Shown: positions 55,977 to 64,000 of the stretch, one piece after another
Layout: each line of letters starts with the position of its first letter
Numbering within the stretch: the stretch's first letter is position 1
IMG/VR virus record: IMGVR_UViG_3300028048_000057
Span: 97,443 to 161,442 of that record
From: a virus
Lineage: Duplodnaviria > Caudoviricetes
Reading direction: 5' to 3' (one strand)
DNA length: 64,000 nt
Position numbers and translations under genes: made by a program
The notes under the pieces: generated by a model
Told to the model about the DNA's origin: nothing
Databases searched by the model: none
The model's input: the letters and a program-made list of their open reading frames with translations, nothing else

Positions 55977-56376
55977 AATTATGAATAAACAAAGTTTTAA
56001 TATTAATACACCTAATGGTAGAAAACATTTTCAAAAATTATTAGATACTCTTTTAGACTATAATTCTGATAAGGATGAAAATTATTATAATGACATTCAT
56101 ATTTATCAAGAAGAATCTTTTATTGTAATTGAATGGGAACATGTTCCTTACTCTCATGAATGGGGAGGTCAATTTAAATATGTTGATTATGATGAATATA
56201 TAATGAAAGAAGTTAATTTCCCAGATAATCATTATGAGTTTGTATTTCCTGAAGATGTGAACAATAGACTTAAAGAATGGCATGAAGAACATCCAGAATG
56301 GGTAATGAATGAATTTGGTATGTGGACTAAAAAGGAACCAGAGACAAGATTAAAAATTCAAAAAGAAAAGATATAG
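55969..56376 (+). CDS. Hypothetical protein
   Basis: 135-aa ORF. Confidence 0.5.
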   Translation: MSKIMNKQSFNINTPNGRKHFQKLLDTLLDYNSDKDENYYNDIHIYQEESFIVIEWEHVPYSHEWGGQFKYVDYDEYIMKEVNFPDNHYEFVFPEDVNNRLKEWHEEHPEWVMNEFGMWTKKEPETRLKIQKEKI

Positions 56377-56407
56377 TGTATAATAAAATGAAAGGATTTA
56401 TTTGTAT

Positions 56408-56572
56408 ATGGCTAAAGAAGAAAAAGAAGAATTAAGTTTTCCTACAGGGATTGTACCTCAAAAGAGAAGTCTTTTAATTAATCCAAAATCAAAGTGGTTC
56501 AATCCTAAAGTTGCTAAAAGAAGAGCAAAAGAAAAGAATAGAAGAAAAGTTAATCAAATGAAAAGGAAATAA
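56408..56572 (+). CDS. 54-aa basic protein (not in ORF track)
   Basis: GTGTATAAT motif and AAAGGA RBS; Lys/Arg-rich C-terminus. Confidence 0.5.
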   Translation: MAKEEKEELSFPTGIVPQKRSLLINPKSKWFNPKVAKRRAKEKNRRKVNQMKRK

Positions 56573-56579
56573 AATATTT

Positions 56580-57191
56580 ATGAAAGAAAAAATTAAAATT
56601 GTAATGGGTGTTCCATCTTACCTTATAAAAACAAAAGAAGATTTAAAGGAAATTAAAGAAAATGCAATCAATGAACTTCTCTCACAATTTTCTTATTTAG
56701 ATATAACTAAAGAAAATATTGATGTTGTTGTTAAAGAATCAAATGATTCATTTTATATGAAGATTGTAGATGAAGATGAAGGTCTTTTAGAAGAAGGAAA
56801 AGATGCTACTTCAACTAAGATTAGATTTTCAGAAGAACCAATTGACCTTAAAAAGGTTTTAGATAAGGACGATAAAGAAAAAGATTCATTTATTGTTAAT
56901 GATGATATTACAAAAGACCAAGAAAAGACTTGCATAGAAGATGATAATATTAGTATTTGTGAACTAGATGCACCAGAGGGTCCAGAGGGATTAACTAAAT
57001 TTGGAGAAAATATTGCTTTACTTAAGTTATTCCTTATGCTAAGTGATTCTAGTAGATGTGAAGAATTGCATTCAAATTACGGTACATTTGGATTAGATTC
57101 ATTTGAGAAAAGTTTTCTTTTAAAGAAGTTATTTGTTGAATCTGGTTTAATCTCTAGTATTGAGAGAGTTAAAGAAATTTTAGAAAAATAA
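56580..57191 (+). CDS. Acidic hypothetical protein
   Basis: 203-aa ORF. Confidence 0.55.
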   Translation: MKEKIKIVMGVPSYLIKTKEDLKEIKENAINELLSQFSYLDITKENIDVVVKESNDSFYMKIVDEDEGLLEEGKDATSTKIRFSEEPIDLKKVLDKDDKEKDSFIVNDDITKDQEKTCIEDDNISICELDAPEGPEGLTKFGENIALLKLFLMLSDSSRCEELHSNYGTFGLDSFEKSFLLKKLFVESGLISSIERVKEILEK

Positions 57192-57193
57192 TT

Positions 57194-57221
57194 AAGAATC
57201 TTAAAAAGATTCTTTTTTTTT
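57194..57221 (+). terminator. Intrinsic terminator
   Basis: AAGAATCTT-aaa-AAGATTCTT followed by T tract. Confidence 0.7.
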
Positions 57222-57222
57222 A

Positions 57223-57251
57223 TTGACATTATTTTTGAATCTCTTTATAAT
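57223..57251 (+). promoter_or_regulatory. Consensus sigma70/SigA early promoter
   Basis: TTGACA-17-TATAAT. Confidence 0.85.
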
Positions 57252-57271
57252 ATAGGCAGAGGTAAGAAAAT

Positions 57272-58492
57272 ATGATGTATCAAATTCCACTTCAAAAATT
57301 AGATAAACTTGAAAAGAAGATTAATAGAATTATCAACAAAGGTGCTCCTATTAAATTTGAAATTGGAGAAGATTGTCTTATTCCTTATACTATTGATGGT
57401 ATTTATGAAATTAATGGTTCTTTAAAAACTTTTTATATGAAGGCTAAAGAAGTCTTTGTAGAAGGTGTTTATGTTATTAATGGTTGGAGATTTGTGGCCA
57501 CTTTAGAACACAAAGAAAGTGGAAATATCATTAGATGTGTAGATTCTTCTTTAGAAGGAAAAATTCCTGAGAAGTATAGAACTTGTGCTCCATATTGTGA
57601 CCATTGTAAACAATCTAGACATAGAAAAGACACTTATCTTATTTATAATGAATCTACTAATGAATTTAAACAAGTAGGCAAATCTTGTTTAATGGAATAT
57701 ACTTGTGGATTAAGTGCTGATGTATGTGCTCAAATTTGTTCTTCTATTTCTATGTGTGAACAAGCAAGTGACTTAGATGATGAATTTATGAGAGTAGTTA
57801 GAAATTCTATGAGAAATTCTTCTTGTGCTTCTTCTAAAGAAGTTAAAGAAATTTCTTATAACTATGTCAAGCAAAATGGATATAAAAGTGGAGAAACTAC
57901 AAGAGCCATTTCAGATTTAGTTTTTGGAAGAGGAACTAATGATAAGGCTTCTAAAGAAGATATTGAAAAAGTAGATGCTTGGGTTAACTCCATGGATGCT
58001 AACAATGACTACCTTAAGAATGCAAAAGTGGCTTGGAACTCTAAATACAGTGAATATAGAGACATTGCTTTTATTGCTTCATTGATTAATACTTATTTTA
58101 AAGAAATGATTAAATTAGAAGAATTAAATAAAACCAACAATACTTATATGGGAGAAGTTGGTGATAAAGTTGTATTTAAAGTTGCTTCTAGAAGAGTTCT
58201 TTATAGTAAAGGTAAATATGCCTATTATGGTGATGAAGTATTAGTGTGGGAAATTCATGATGAACAAGGACATACAATCTTATGGTCAACTTCTACTTTT
58301 GTTAGTGTAGATGATATTATTCAAGCCAAAATCAAGTCTTTAGGAGAATATAAAGGTGTTAAACAAACCATTATTACTAGAGGTACAATTCTCTATAGTA
58401 GAGGAGATATTTATGAAACTAAAGAGGAAGAAGATAGTGCTAGAGAAAGTGCTATGGATGCCCTTGATAAATTTCTTTCCTTGTTAGATTAA
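57272..58492 (+). CDS. Early phage protein (zinc site + C-terminal OB-fold-like)
   Basis: GW.FVATLEH, CDHC...R.R..T, QVG..C, G.KQT.ITR. Confidence 0.6.
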   Translation: MMYQIPLQKLDKLEKKINRIINKGAPIKFEIGEDCLIPYTIDGIYEINGSLKTFYMKAKEVFVEGVYVINGWRFVATLEHKESGNIIRCVDSSLEGKIPEKYRTCAPYCDHCKQSRHRKDTYLIYNESTNEFKQVGKSCLMEYTCGLSADVCAQICSSISMCEQASDLDDEFMRVVRNSMRNSSCASSKEVKEISYNYVKQNGYKSGETTRAISDLVFGRGTNDKASKEDIEKVDAWVNSMDANNDYLKNAKVAWNSKYSEYRDIAFIASLINTYFKEMIKLEELNKTNNTYMGEVGDKVVFKVASRRVLYSKGKYAYYGDEVLVWEIHDEQGHTILWSTSTFVSVDDIIQAKIKSLGEYKGVKQTIITRGTILYSRGDIYETKEEEDSARESAMDALDKFLSLLD

Positions 58493-58499
58493 AATCTAA

Positions 58500-58529
58500 A
58501 TCACTCATTAAGTTGGGTGATTTTTTTTT
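58500..58529 (+). terminator. Intrinsic terminator
   Basis: ATCACTCA-ttaagt-TGGGTGAT followed by T tract. Confidence 0.7.
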
Positions 58530-58658
58530 ATTTGAATACAAGTAAATATTACTTTAATAATGCTAAATTAAGTGAGAAATTCAAAGAGTTATACTTTTCT
58601 CATATAATCAAAAAGTAAAGTTATGCCTACTAGATATAAAAGGCAAGGAGAATTTATA

Positions 58659-61346
58659 ATGAAATTAGAAAAAGTAACATTCAAATCAAATGGAAGTATT
58701 TTAGAAAAAGTTGAAGATGCTAATAAACCTACTAAAGTAGAGCCAGAAAAACTAGATGATATTGATTTAGGTGACCAAGAAGCAATAGCAAAAAGAGAAG
58801 AACAAATTAAAAAGATTATTGCAAAAAGACTTGAAGCAAATAAAAAAGTAGCAGAAGAAACTAAAGGTGAAGACCATGCTATTTTAAGCAAAGATATTAA
58901 AGTTCAAGAAAAACTTTGCAAAGATAGAAAAGAAGTTGGTGCTTTAGTTGAATCACTTAAAGCAAAAGGAATTAAACCTTTTGTTAAAAAAGTTAATGAA
59001 GGTGAAAATAGATATAAAGTCTTTTACAAACCTTTAAAAGAAAGTGATTGTGATAATGTGGATATTGAAGCACTTGAATTCTATGTTAAGAATTGGAATG
59101 AAGGTGACAACATTACAGTTACAGCAGACCTTTTAAATGTTTTAGAACAATCTTTAGAAATGTATAAAAAACATTGTAATGAAAAGTTAGATGAGAAATT
59201 GTCTAAAAATGAAAAAATTGATTTAGTAAATTCAATCATAAATGTATGTGAAAAATATGTTGAATATGTTAGTACTTTAGGCAATGAAAATGCTCATTCA
59301 GATAGAATTTTAGAAGATATTATTTCAAGAGTAAAAGAATTAGAAGGTGAGCATGAATCTCAATTTAAAGAAGATTATATTAGTGATGTTAATGCTTCTA
59401 AGGCTTATTGGGCTAATGAAGTTAAATATCAATTAGAAAATATTGAAGACCTTTCTCAAGATGAAAGAATTTTAAATGCAAGTGAAGAAACCATTAATGA
59501 GATGGCTAATAGAATTGCAGAAAAATTATTAGATGATGACCATATGTGGAATGAAATCAATGACTCTATTGAATGGTATATCTACCATGATGAATACATG
59601 CTTGAAAATAGAAAAGATGAATCTTTAAATGAAAGTGATACTTCTTTAAATGAAGAAATTATTTCTAAAGAAGAATTAAAAAAAGTTGTGGATAGATATG
59701 ACTTAGATAGTATTATGAAAGGTGATTTAGATTCTCAAGATACTGAAATCAATGAAATAATTTTAGATTGTGTTGATATAGTTAATAAAGATGGAGTTGA
59801 ACCTTTTACAAGTGAATGGGATGAACTTTATGCTAAGGTTGAGCCATTAGTGTATGCAGAAATTAGAAGTAGAGGATACAAAACAGAATCTACATCTTGC
59901 TCTAAAAAAGGTGCTAGAAAACTTAAAGAAGATTTAGAGACTCAAAAACAAGCAGCATTTGAAAATGCTTGTGATTGTTTAAAATATGGTTATGGAAAAG
60001 ATAAATGGAACTCATGTGGTCTTTCTAAAGAAGATGCAGATGAAGTTTGGAATAAAGCCTTTGCAGAAATGAGTAAGGAAGAATCCAAAAAACCTATTAA
60101 TAAAAAGATTTCTAACCCAAGAAAAGAATTAATTAAAGAAGAATCTCACAAAGGTCCTTTTGAAATTGAATATTGGGTAGATGAAGAAGCAAGAGATATG
60201 GGCTTTGGTGATATCTACTTAGAAAGATTTGATGACTTAGAAGAAGCAAAAGAAGTAGCAGATTCTTTATTTGGAGAAGTTGCTAGTGTTGAAGTTTTAG
60301 ATGCAAATGGTCAAGTTGTTTATGGAAGATATCCAGAAGATGAAAGTTGTAATAAAGAAACAATCAAAGAAGATACTAATAAAGAAATTTTAAGTGAGTT
60401 AAAAAAGGCTCCTATAGGTTATCATGGTACTATTGATTCAGATTGGGGAGATGATTTACATATTTATAAAGTATCTAACAACCATATACTTACAGTTGAT
60501 GATGAAAATGCTTGTTATTATATAGATTCTATTTCTCAATTTGTTAAAGACCTTGTAGGTGATATACACTTTGATGAATCATTAACCATTGATGAAATTA
60601 AATCTTTATTTAATAATCTTAAGAAAAATGATTATGCTTATATGAGTGGAGGTAAACTTCCACAAGAAATAACTAAATTGTTTAGTTTAAAAGATGAAAG
60701 TTGTTCTAAAAAGACAATTAAAGAAGAAGCGGAAGTAGCAATGGTTGAATATTGTGTCATGGATGAACTTGATAACAATATTGAAACTTTTTCCGAGGAA
60801 GAAGAAGCAATTGAATGGGCTAAAGCCAATGGTGGTGTTAGAGTATTAGAAGTTGAATATGGCCCAGAAGATGAATATGGTGATGCTCCAGAATTAAGTG
60901 CTTTTGAGATTTGGGCTCTTGAAGATGAATCTTTAAAGGAAGAAGATAAACCTGCACCTAAATCTATTGGAGATTGTCAAAAATGGATTGATTATGATAT
61001 GAAACATTATGGCAAGATTTCAAATAATACTAATGAAATTATTAAGAAAGCAGGTTTCCAAATTATAAAGGATGACCATGGTGACTATGAAGTTACTGCT
61101 GGTAAATATGAAGATTTGGATAAAGAAAAGAAATTTGCTAAAAAAGTAGTTAAGCCAGGTGTTCAAATAGATGATGATGACATGGATGCTCATATTAGTT
61201 TTAATGAAGCAGAAGCACATGCAATGATTGGGGATAAACCAATTGTAGAAGACCAAAAATCTGAAATTGAACAAGCAAATGATTTTTCAAGTACTATGAT
61301 GAATAGTGATGCTTTACAAGCATTAGAAGATGATGACAATATTTAA
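58659..61346 (+). CDS. Large acidic modular late protein
   Basis: Follows TGCTAAATTA at 58561; AGGAG RBS before ATG 58659; recurrent DES(C/L)..KE(E/D) linkers. Confidence 0.65.
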   Translation: MKLEKVTFKSNGSILEKVEDANKPTKVEPEKLDDIDLGDQEAIAKREEQIKKIIAKRLEANKKVAEETKGEDHAILSKDIKVQEKLCKDRKEVGALVESLKAKGIKPFVKKVNEGENRYKVFYKPLKESDCDNVDIEALEFYVKNWNEGDNITVTADLLNVLEQSLEMYKKHCNEKLDEKLSKNEKIDLVNSIINVCEKYVEYVSTLGNENAHSDRILEDIISRVKELEGEHESQFKEDYISDVNASKAYWANEVKYQLENIEDLSQDERILNASEETINEMANRIAEKLLDDDHMWNEINDSIEWYIYHDEYMLENRKDESLNESDTSLNEEIISKEELKKVVDRYDLDSIMKGDLDSQDTEINEIILDCVDIVNKDGVEPFTSEWDELYAKVEPLVYAEIRSRGYKTESTSCSKKGARKLKEDLETQKQAAFENACDCLKYGYGKDKWNSCGLSKEDADEVWNKAFAEMSKEESKKPINKKISNPRKELIKEESHKGPFEIEYWVDEEARDMGFGDIYLERFDDLEEAKEVADSLFGEVASVEVLDANGQVVYGRYPEDESCNKETIKEDTNKEILSELKKAPIGYHGTIDSDWGDDLHIYKVSNNHILTVDDENACYYIDSISQFVKDLVGDIHFDESLTIDEIKSLFNNLKKNDYAYMSGGKLPQEITKLFSLKDESCSKKTIKEEAEVAMVEYCVMDELDNNIETFSEEEEAIEWAKANGGVRVLEVEYGPEDEYGDAPELSAFEIWALEDESLKEEDKPAPKSIGDCQKWIDYDMKHYGKISNNTNEIIKKAGFQIIKDDHGDYEVTAGKYEDLDKEKKFAKKVVKPGVQIDDDDMDAHISFNEAEAHAMIGDKPIVEDQKSEIEQANDFSSTMMNSDALQALEDDDNI

Positions 61347-61364
61347 GGAAGGCAATATATTAAT

Positions 61365-61757
61365 ATGATGAAAAGAGAAGTTATTAAAGAGGCTATCTTA
61401 TTAGATGAACCTATTGATGAATTACCTCCTGTTGTAATGTCCACTCCAGAAATTGAAGAACCTACTATAGATGATTCAATAAAAGAAAATGCTATGTCTA
61501 GTGTTATTGCTAATGAAATTGCAAATACATATGCTAGTATAGATTCAATTAAAAGCATTATTGCTACTTTATCTAGTGAGATGCCAGAAAGAGAAGATAT
61601 CATTGCTATTATGAATCAGTTAATTGATGATAAAACAATTCATGTAGGTATGTTACAAAAAGCAATGGACTTGATTGATGGTAAGTCAAATGAATTAATA
61701 GATGGTGGTATTGAAGCAGCAGAGATTGCTTCACATAATACACAAGAAGGAGAGTAA
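61365..61757 (+). CDS. Acidic protein with possible ferritin-like helix pair
   Basis: IANE..Y..I..D...HVGMLQ. Confidence 0.45.
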   Translation: MMKREVIKEAILLDEPIDELPPVVMSTPEIEEPTIDDSIKENAMSSVIANEIANTYASIDSIKSIIATLSSEMPEREDIIAIMNQLIDDKTIHVGMLQKAMDLIDGKSNELIDGGIEAAEIASHNTQEGE

Positions 61758-61759
61758 TC

Positions 61760-62035
61760 ATGGAAGTTAAATTTGTTAAAAGAAAATTAAAAGAAGAATG
61801 GAATAAAAAATCTCTTTTAAAAGTTTTAGAACTTATTGGTAAAGCCCATGATGAAATAATGGAAGCCCAAGATGAATTGAGTTCTATAAAATATGAGTAT
61901 GAAGATAATGATGCTGTTGAAGTTGATTTATTAGATTCTTTGGAATATATATTAGATGATTTAGAAAGTGTTCTTAGTGAACATGATTATATGGGTAGTG
62001 ATGACCCTATAGAAACATTTATTGAAAATAATTAA
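61760..62035 (+). CDS. Acidic hypothetical protein
   Basis: AGGAG RBS. Confidence 0.5.
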   Translation: MEVKFVKRKLKEEWNKKSLLKVLELIGKAHDEIMEAQDELSSIKYEYEDNDAVEVDLLDSLEYILDDLESVLSEHDYMGSDDPIETFIENN

Positions 62036-62052
62036 TAGGAGGTAATCAATTT

Positions 62053-62478
62053 ATGGGAATGTTTGATGATTATAAAAACTTAGACCCAGATTATATTCCT
62101 AATAATAAACATAGATGTATTCCCTGTAAACAAAATAATATAGTTGCTGGTGGTAGTAGTTTTTTACTTTTTGAATTACCTAAATTTTATAATGAGGGCT
62201 TACAAAAAGTAACTATTATATTTAATCAAGAGCAAAGATTAACTATGCTTAAGGAACCTACATCTGTGGTTGTAGATGAACATTTTTTGTTTATAGAATG
62301 TAATTTAAATTCTACCGAATCTTTACAATTTGGTGATACAAATTTAGATACATTGGTGCAACTAAAACTAGAATATAGTGATAGAATTTTATATACAGAA
62401 ATTGAAAAAATTAATATTATTCCAACTTTAGAAATTGATGAATCAATATTGATTAGTGTAGATACTGGTGAAAATTAA
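62053..62478 (+). CDS. Hypothetical late protein (beta-rich)
   Basis: AGGAGG RBS. Confidence 0.5.
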   Translation: MGMFDDYKNLDPDYIPNNKHRCIPCKQNNIVAGGSSFLLFELPKFYNEGLQKVTIIFNQEQRLTMLKEPTSVVVDEHFLFIECNLNSTESLQFGDTNLDTLVQLKLEYSDRILYTEIEKINIIPTLEIDESILISVDTGEN

Positions 62479-63225
62479 ATGAATGGAAAGATTATTAAAA
62501 GTAGTAATTTAATTCCTGTAAAAGTTTTAGGGAATAATGAAATTAAAACTAAATCTAAGCATGACACTGTAGATTCTTTTCTTGATGCCAAAATAAATAA
62601 AGAAATAGAAAGAGCAACTGAAAAAGAAGATGATTTACAAAGACAAATAGACAATTTAAAAGAATTTGGTTTTTCTGTTAAAGATGTAGTTGCCACTCAT
62701 CAAGATTTAATTGACTATGATACCAGTAATCTTTTAGACAAAGATGTTATAATTGTTATAGATGATGGTGGTTATAGTTCTTTTTATAGATGGTGTAGTG
62801 TTTCATCTACATTTATTTCATTAGGCTCTTCTAGTTATACTATAGACCAAGTAGATAGATTAATATTAGATTTACAAAATCAAATAGATTATTTAGGTTC
62901 TAAAGGAGCAATTAGAGATGTTGTATTAAGTCATCAAGATTTAATTAATTATGATATTTCTAGTTTAATAGAAAATGATATTGTCATTGTTTTATCAGAT
63001 GAGGTTTTAAATAAAGCAACTACATACTATAAAAAAGATTCTAGTGGAAATATGGTTATTTGTGGTACTTTAGGGCCTACCTATTATACTAAAGATGAAA
63101 TTGATGCCATGATAATTGCAATAAATGAAACTTTAGCAGACCATGAGGAAAGAATTACTGACAATAGAAATGAATTAGATTTTAGAATTACAGAAGAAGA
63201 AGCATATGATATATTATCTAATTAA
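62479..63225 (+). CDS. Putative tail/baseplate-associated protein with internal duplication
   Basis: LQ.QID.L...DVV..HQDLI.YD.S.L...D..IV repeated twice. Confidence 0.55.
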   Translation: MNGKIIKSSNLIPVKVLGNNEIKTKSKHDTVDSFLDAKINKEIERATEKEDDLQRQIDNLKEFGFSVKDVVATHQDLIDYDTSNLLDKDVIIVIDDGGYSSFYRWCSVSSTFISLGSSSYTIDQVDRLILDLQNQIDYLGSKGAIRDVVLSHQDLINYDISSLIENDIVIVLSDEVLNKATTYYKKDSSGNMVICGTLGPTYYTKDEIDAMIIAINETLADHEERITDNRNELDFRITEEEAYDILSN

Positions 63226-63285
63226 TATAATAATTATGCTAAATTTATTGATAAAGTGAAATATTGATGAGGGAGAATTGTACAT

Positions 63286-63486
63286 ATGATTACATGGGTA
63301 ACTGGAGATAAAGTTCAACAAATTAGAGGCCTTAGTTCAGATATTAAACCTACTAATGCATCCTTAAAAGAAGGAATCATTCCTAATGGTTCTGTATTCT
63401 TTGAAATGGACACAAGTAAAATATACATGTTCAATTATGATAGCCAAACTTGGTTAGAAGTTAGTAATGCTGTTATTGCTCTTTAA
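63286..63486 (+). CDS. Small virion-associated-type protein
   Basis: GLSSD.KPT..NGS.F.EMDT.K.Y.F pattern; TGCTAAATTTA upstream. Confidence 0.55.
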   Translation: MITWVTGDKVQQIRGLSSDIKPTNASLKEGIIPNGSVFFEMDTSKIYMFNYDSQTWLEVSNAVIAL

Positions 63487-63510
63487 TTAAAAATTAAATT
63501 TATTATTTAA

Positions 63511-63543
63511 AAAGTACTTAATTGATTTATTAAGTGCTTTTTA
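63511..63543 (+). terminator. Intrinsic terminator
   Basis: AAAGTACTTAAT-tgattt-ATTAAGTGCTTT plus T's. Confidence 0.6.
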
Positions 63544-63603
63544 TTTGCTAAATTTAGAGAAGTAAGTCTTAATTTTAAATTTATCAAAGGAGATAAACTG
63601 AAT

Positions 63604-64000
63604 ATGGCAGGAACCAAAAATATATTAGGAAGAGAATCTTTATTAGCAATTAAAGATAAATTAGATACAAAAGTAGATAAGGAAGAAGGTAAAGGCCTTT
63701 CTTCAAATGATTTTACTGATAGTGAAAAATTAAAATTAGAAGGTATTGAAAATGGTGCTCAAGTTAATCCTGAACATTATTTAGAAAGTGCTTCTGTTAG
63801 TGAAAATACATTAACTATAGTTCCTAATATTGGTGAACCTATTGTGTTTACTGGTGGAAGCATTGATGCTTATACTAAAGAAGAGACTAATGCATTATTA
63901 TCTAATAAAGTTGACAAAGTTTCTGGTATGGGTTTATCTCATAATGATTTTACTGATAGTGAAAAATTAAAATTAGAAGGTATTGAAAAATGGTGCTCAA
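63604..64000 (+). CDS. Tail-fibre/head-fibre-like protein (3'-truncated)
   Basis: KVDK..G.GLS.NDFTDSEKLKLEGIE repeated twice; AGGAG RBS; TGCTAAATTTA at 63546. Confidence 0.7.
   Translation, partial: MAGTKNILGRESLLAIKDKLDTKVDKEEGKGLSSNDFTDSEKLKLEGIENGAQVNPEHYLESASVSENTLTIVPNIGEPIVFTGGSIDAYTKEETNALLSNKVDKVSGMGLSHNDFTDSEKLKLEGIEKWCS

Noticed and set aside
4150-62696. Listed short minus-strand and nested ORFs (e.g. 4150, 5163, 10473, 13524, 29246, 58589)
   Set aside because: They lie within or opposite well-supported + strand genes and show antisense-type composition
1-64000. Stop-codon reassignment (code 4 or 15)
   Set aside because: Core genes are full-length under code 11, TGA and TAG end genes at sensible junctions, and no suppressor tRNA is seen
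1-64000. Bacterial chromosome segment
   Set aside because: Single-strand gene orientation, gp32-like SSB, RNA ligases, phage-specific promoter motifs, divergent tRNAs and fibre-like genes, with no ribosomal or metabolic housekeeping genes, indicate a phage

Overview
A very AT-rich segment of a large dsDNA bacteriophage genome. Essentially all genes lie on the + strand and use the standard genetic code; the host is probably a low-GC Bacillota/Mollicutes-like bacterium (inference). 1-34 kb is a replication/recombination arm: RNA ligase, sigma-like factor, initiator, DnaC-like loader, DnaB, DnaG, dUTPase, gp32-like SSB, a family-A DNA polymerase, beta clamp, DnaX/HolB/HolA clamp loader, RecU, RecA, SbcCD and a second RNA ligase. 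It also holds a DNA-hypermodification-like cluster (P-loop kinase plus three tandem TAGT/GREB1-like glycosyltransferases) directly behind the clamp gene. 34-58 kb holds early/accessory genes, TopA, a soluble FtsH-like protease and an RNA-gene island (42.1-48.8 kb). The island carries 16 of the window's 19 tRNAs, a homing endonuclease, several unassigned structured RNAs, two small RNAs exposing anti-Shine-Dalgarno loops, and a ~1.24-kb ORF-free, helix-dense RNA with its own promoters. That giant RNA (GOLLD/ROOL-like context but longer) and its companion RNAs are the best candidate for an undescribed system. 58.5-64 kb begins a late/structural region. Three promoter classes can be read from the sequence (TTGACA-17/18-TATAMT, GTGTATAAT, TGCTAAATT(T)A). 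CG, GATC and AGCT appear strongly avoided, even inside tRNAs. All protein calls come from motif recognition by eye, not database searches.
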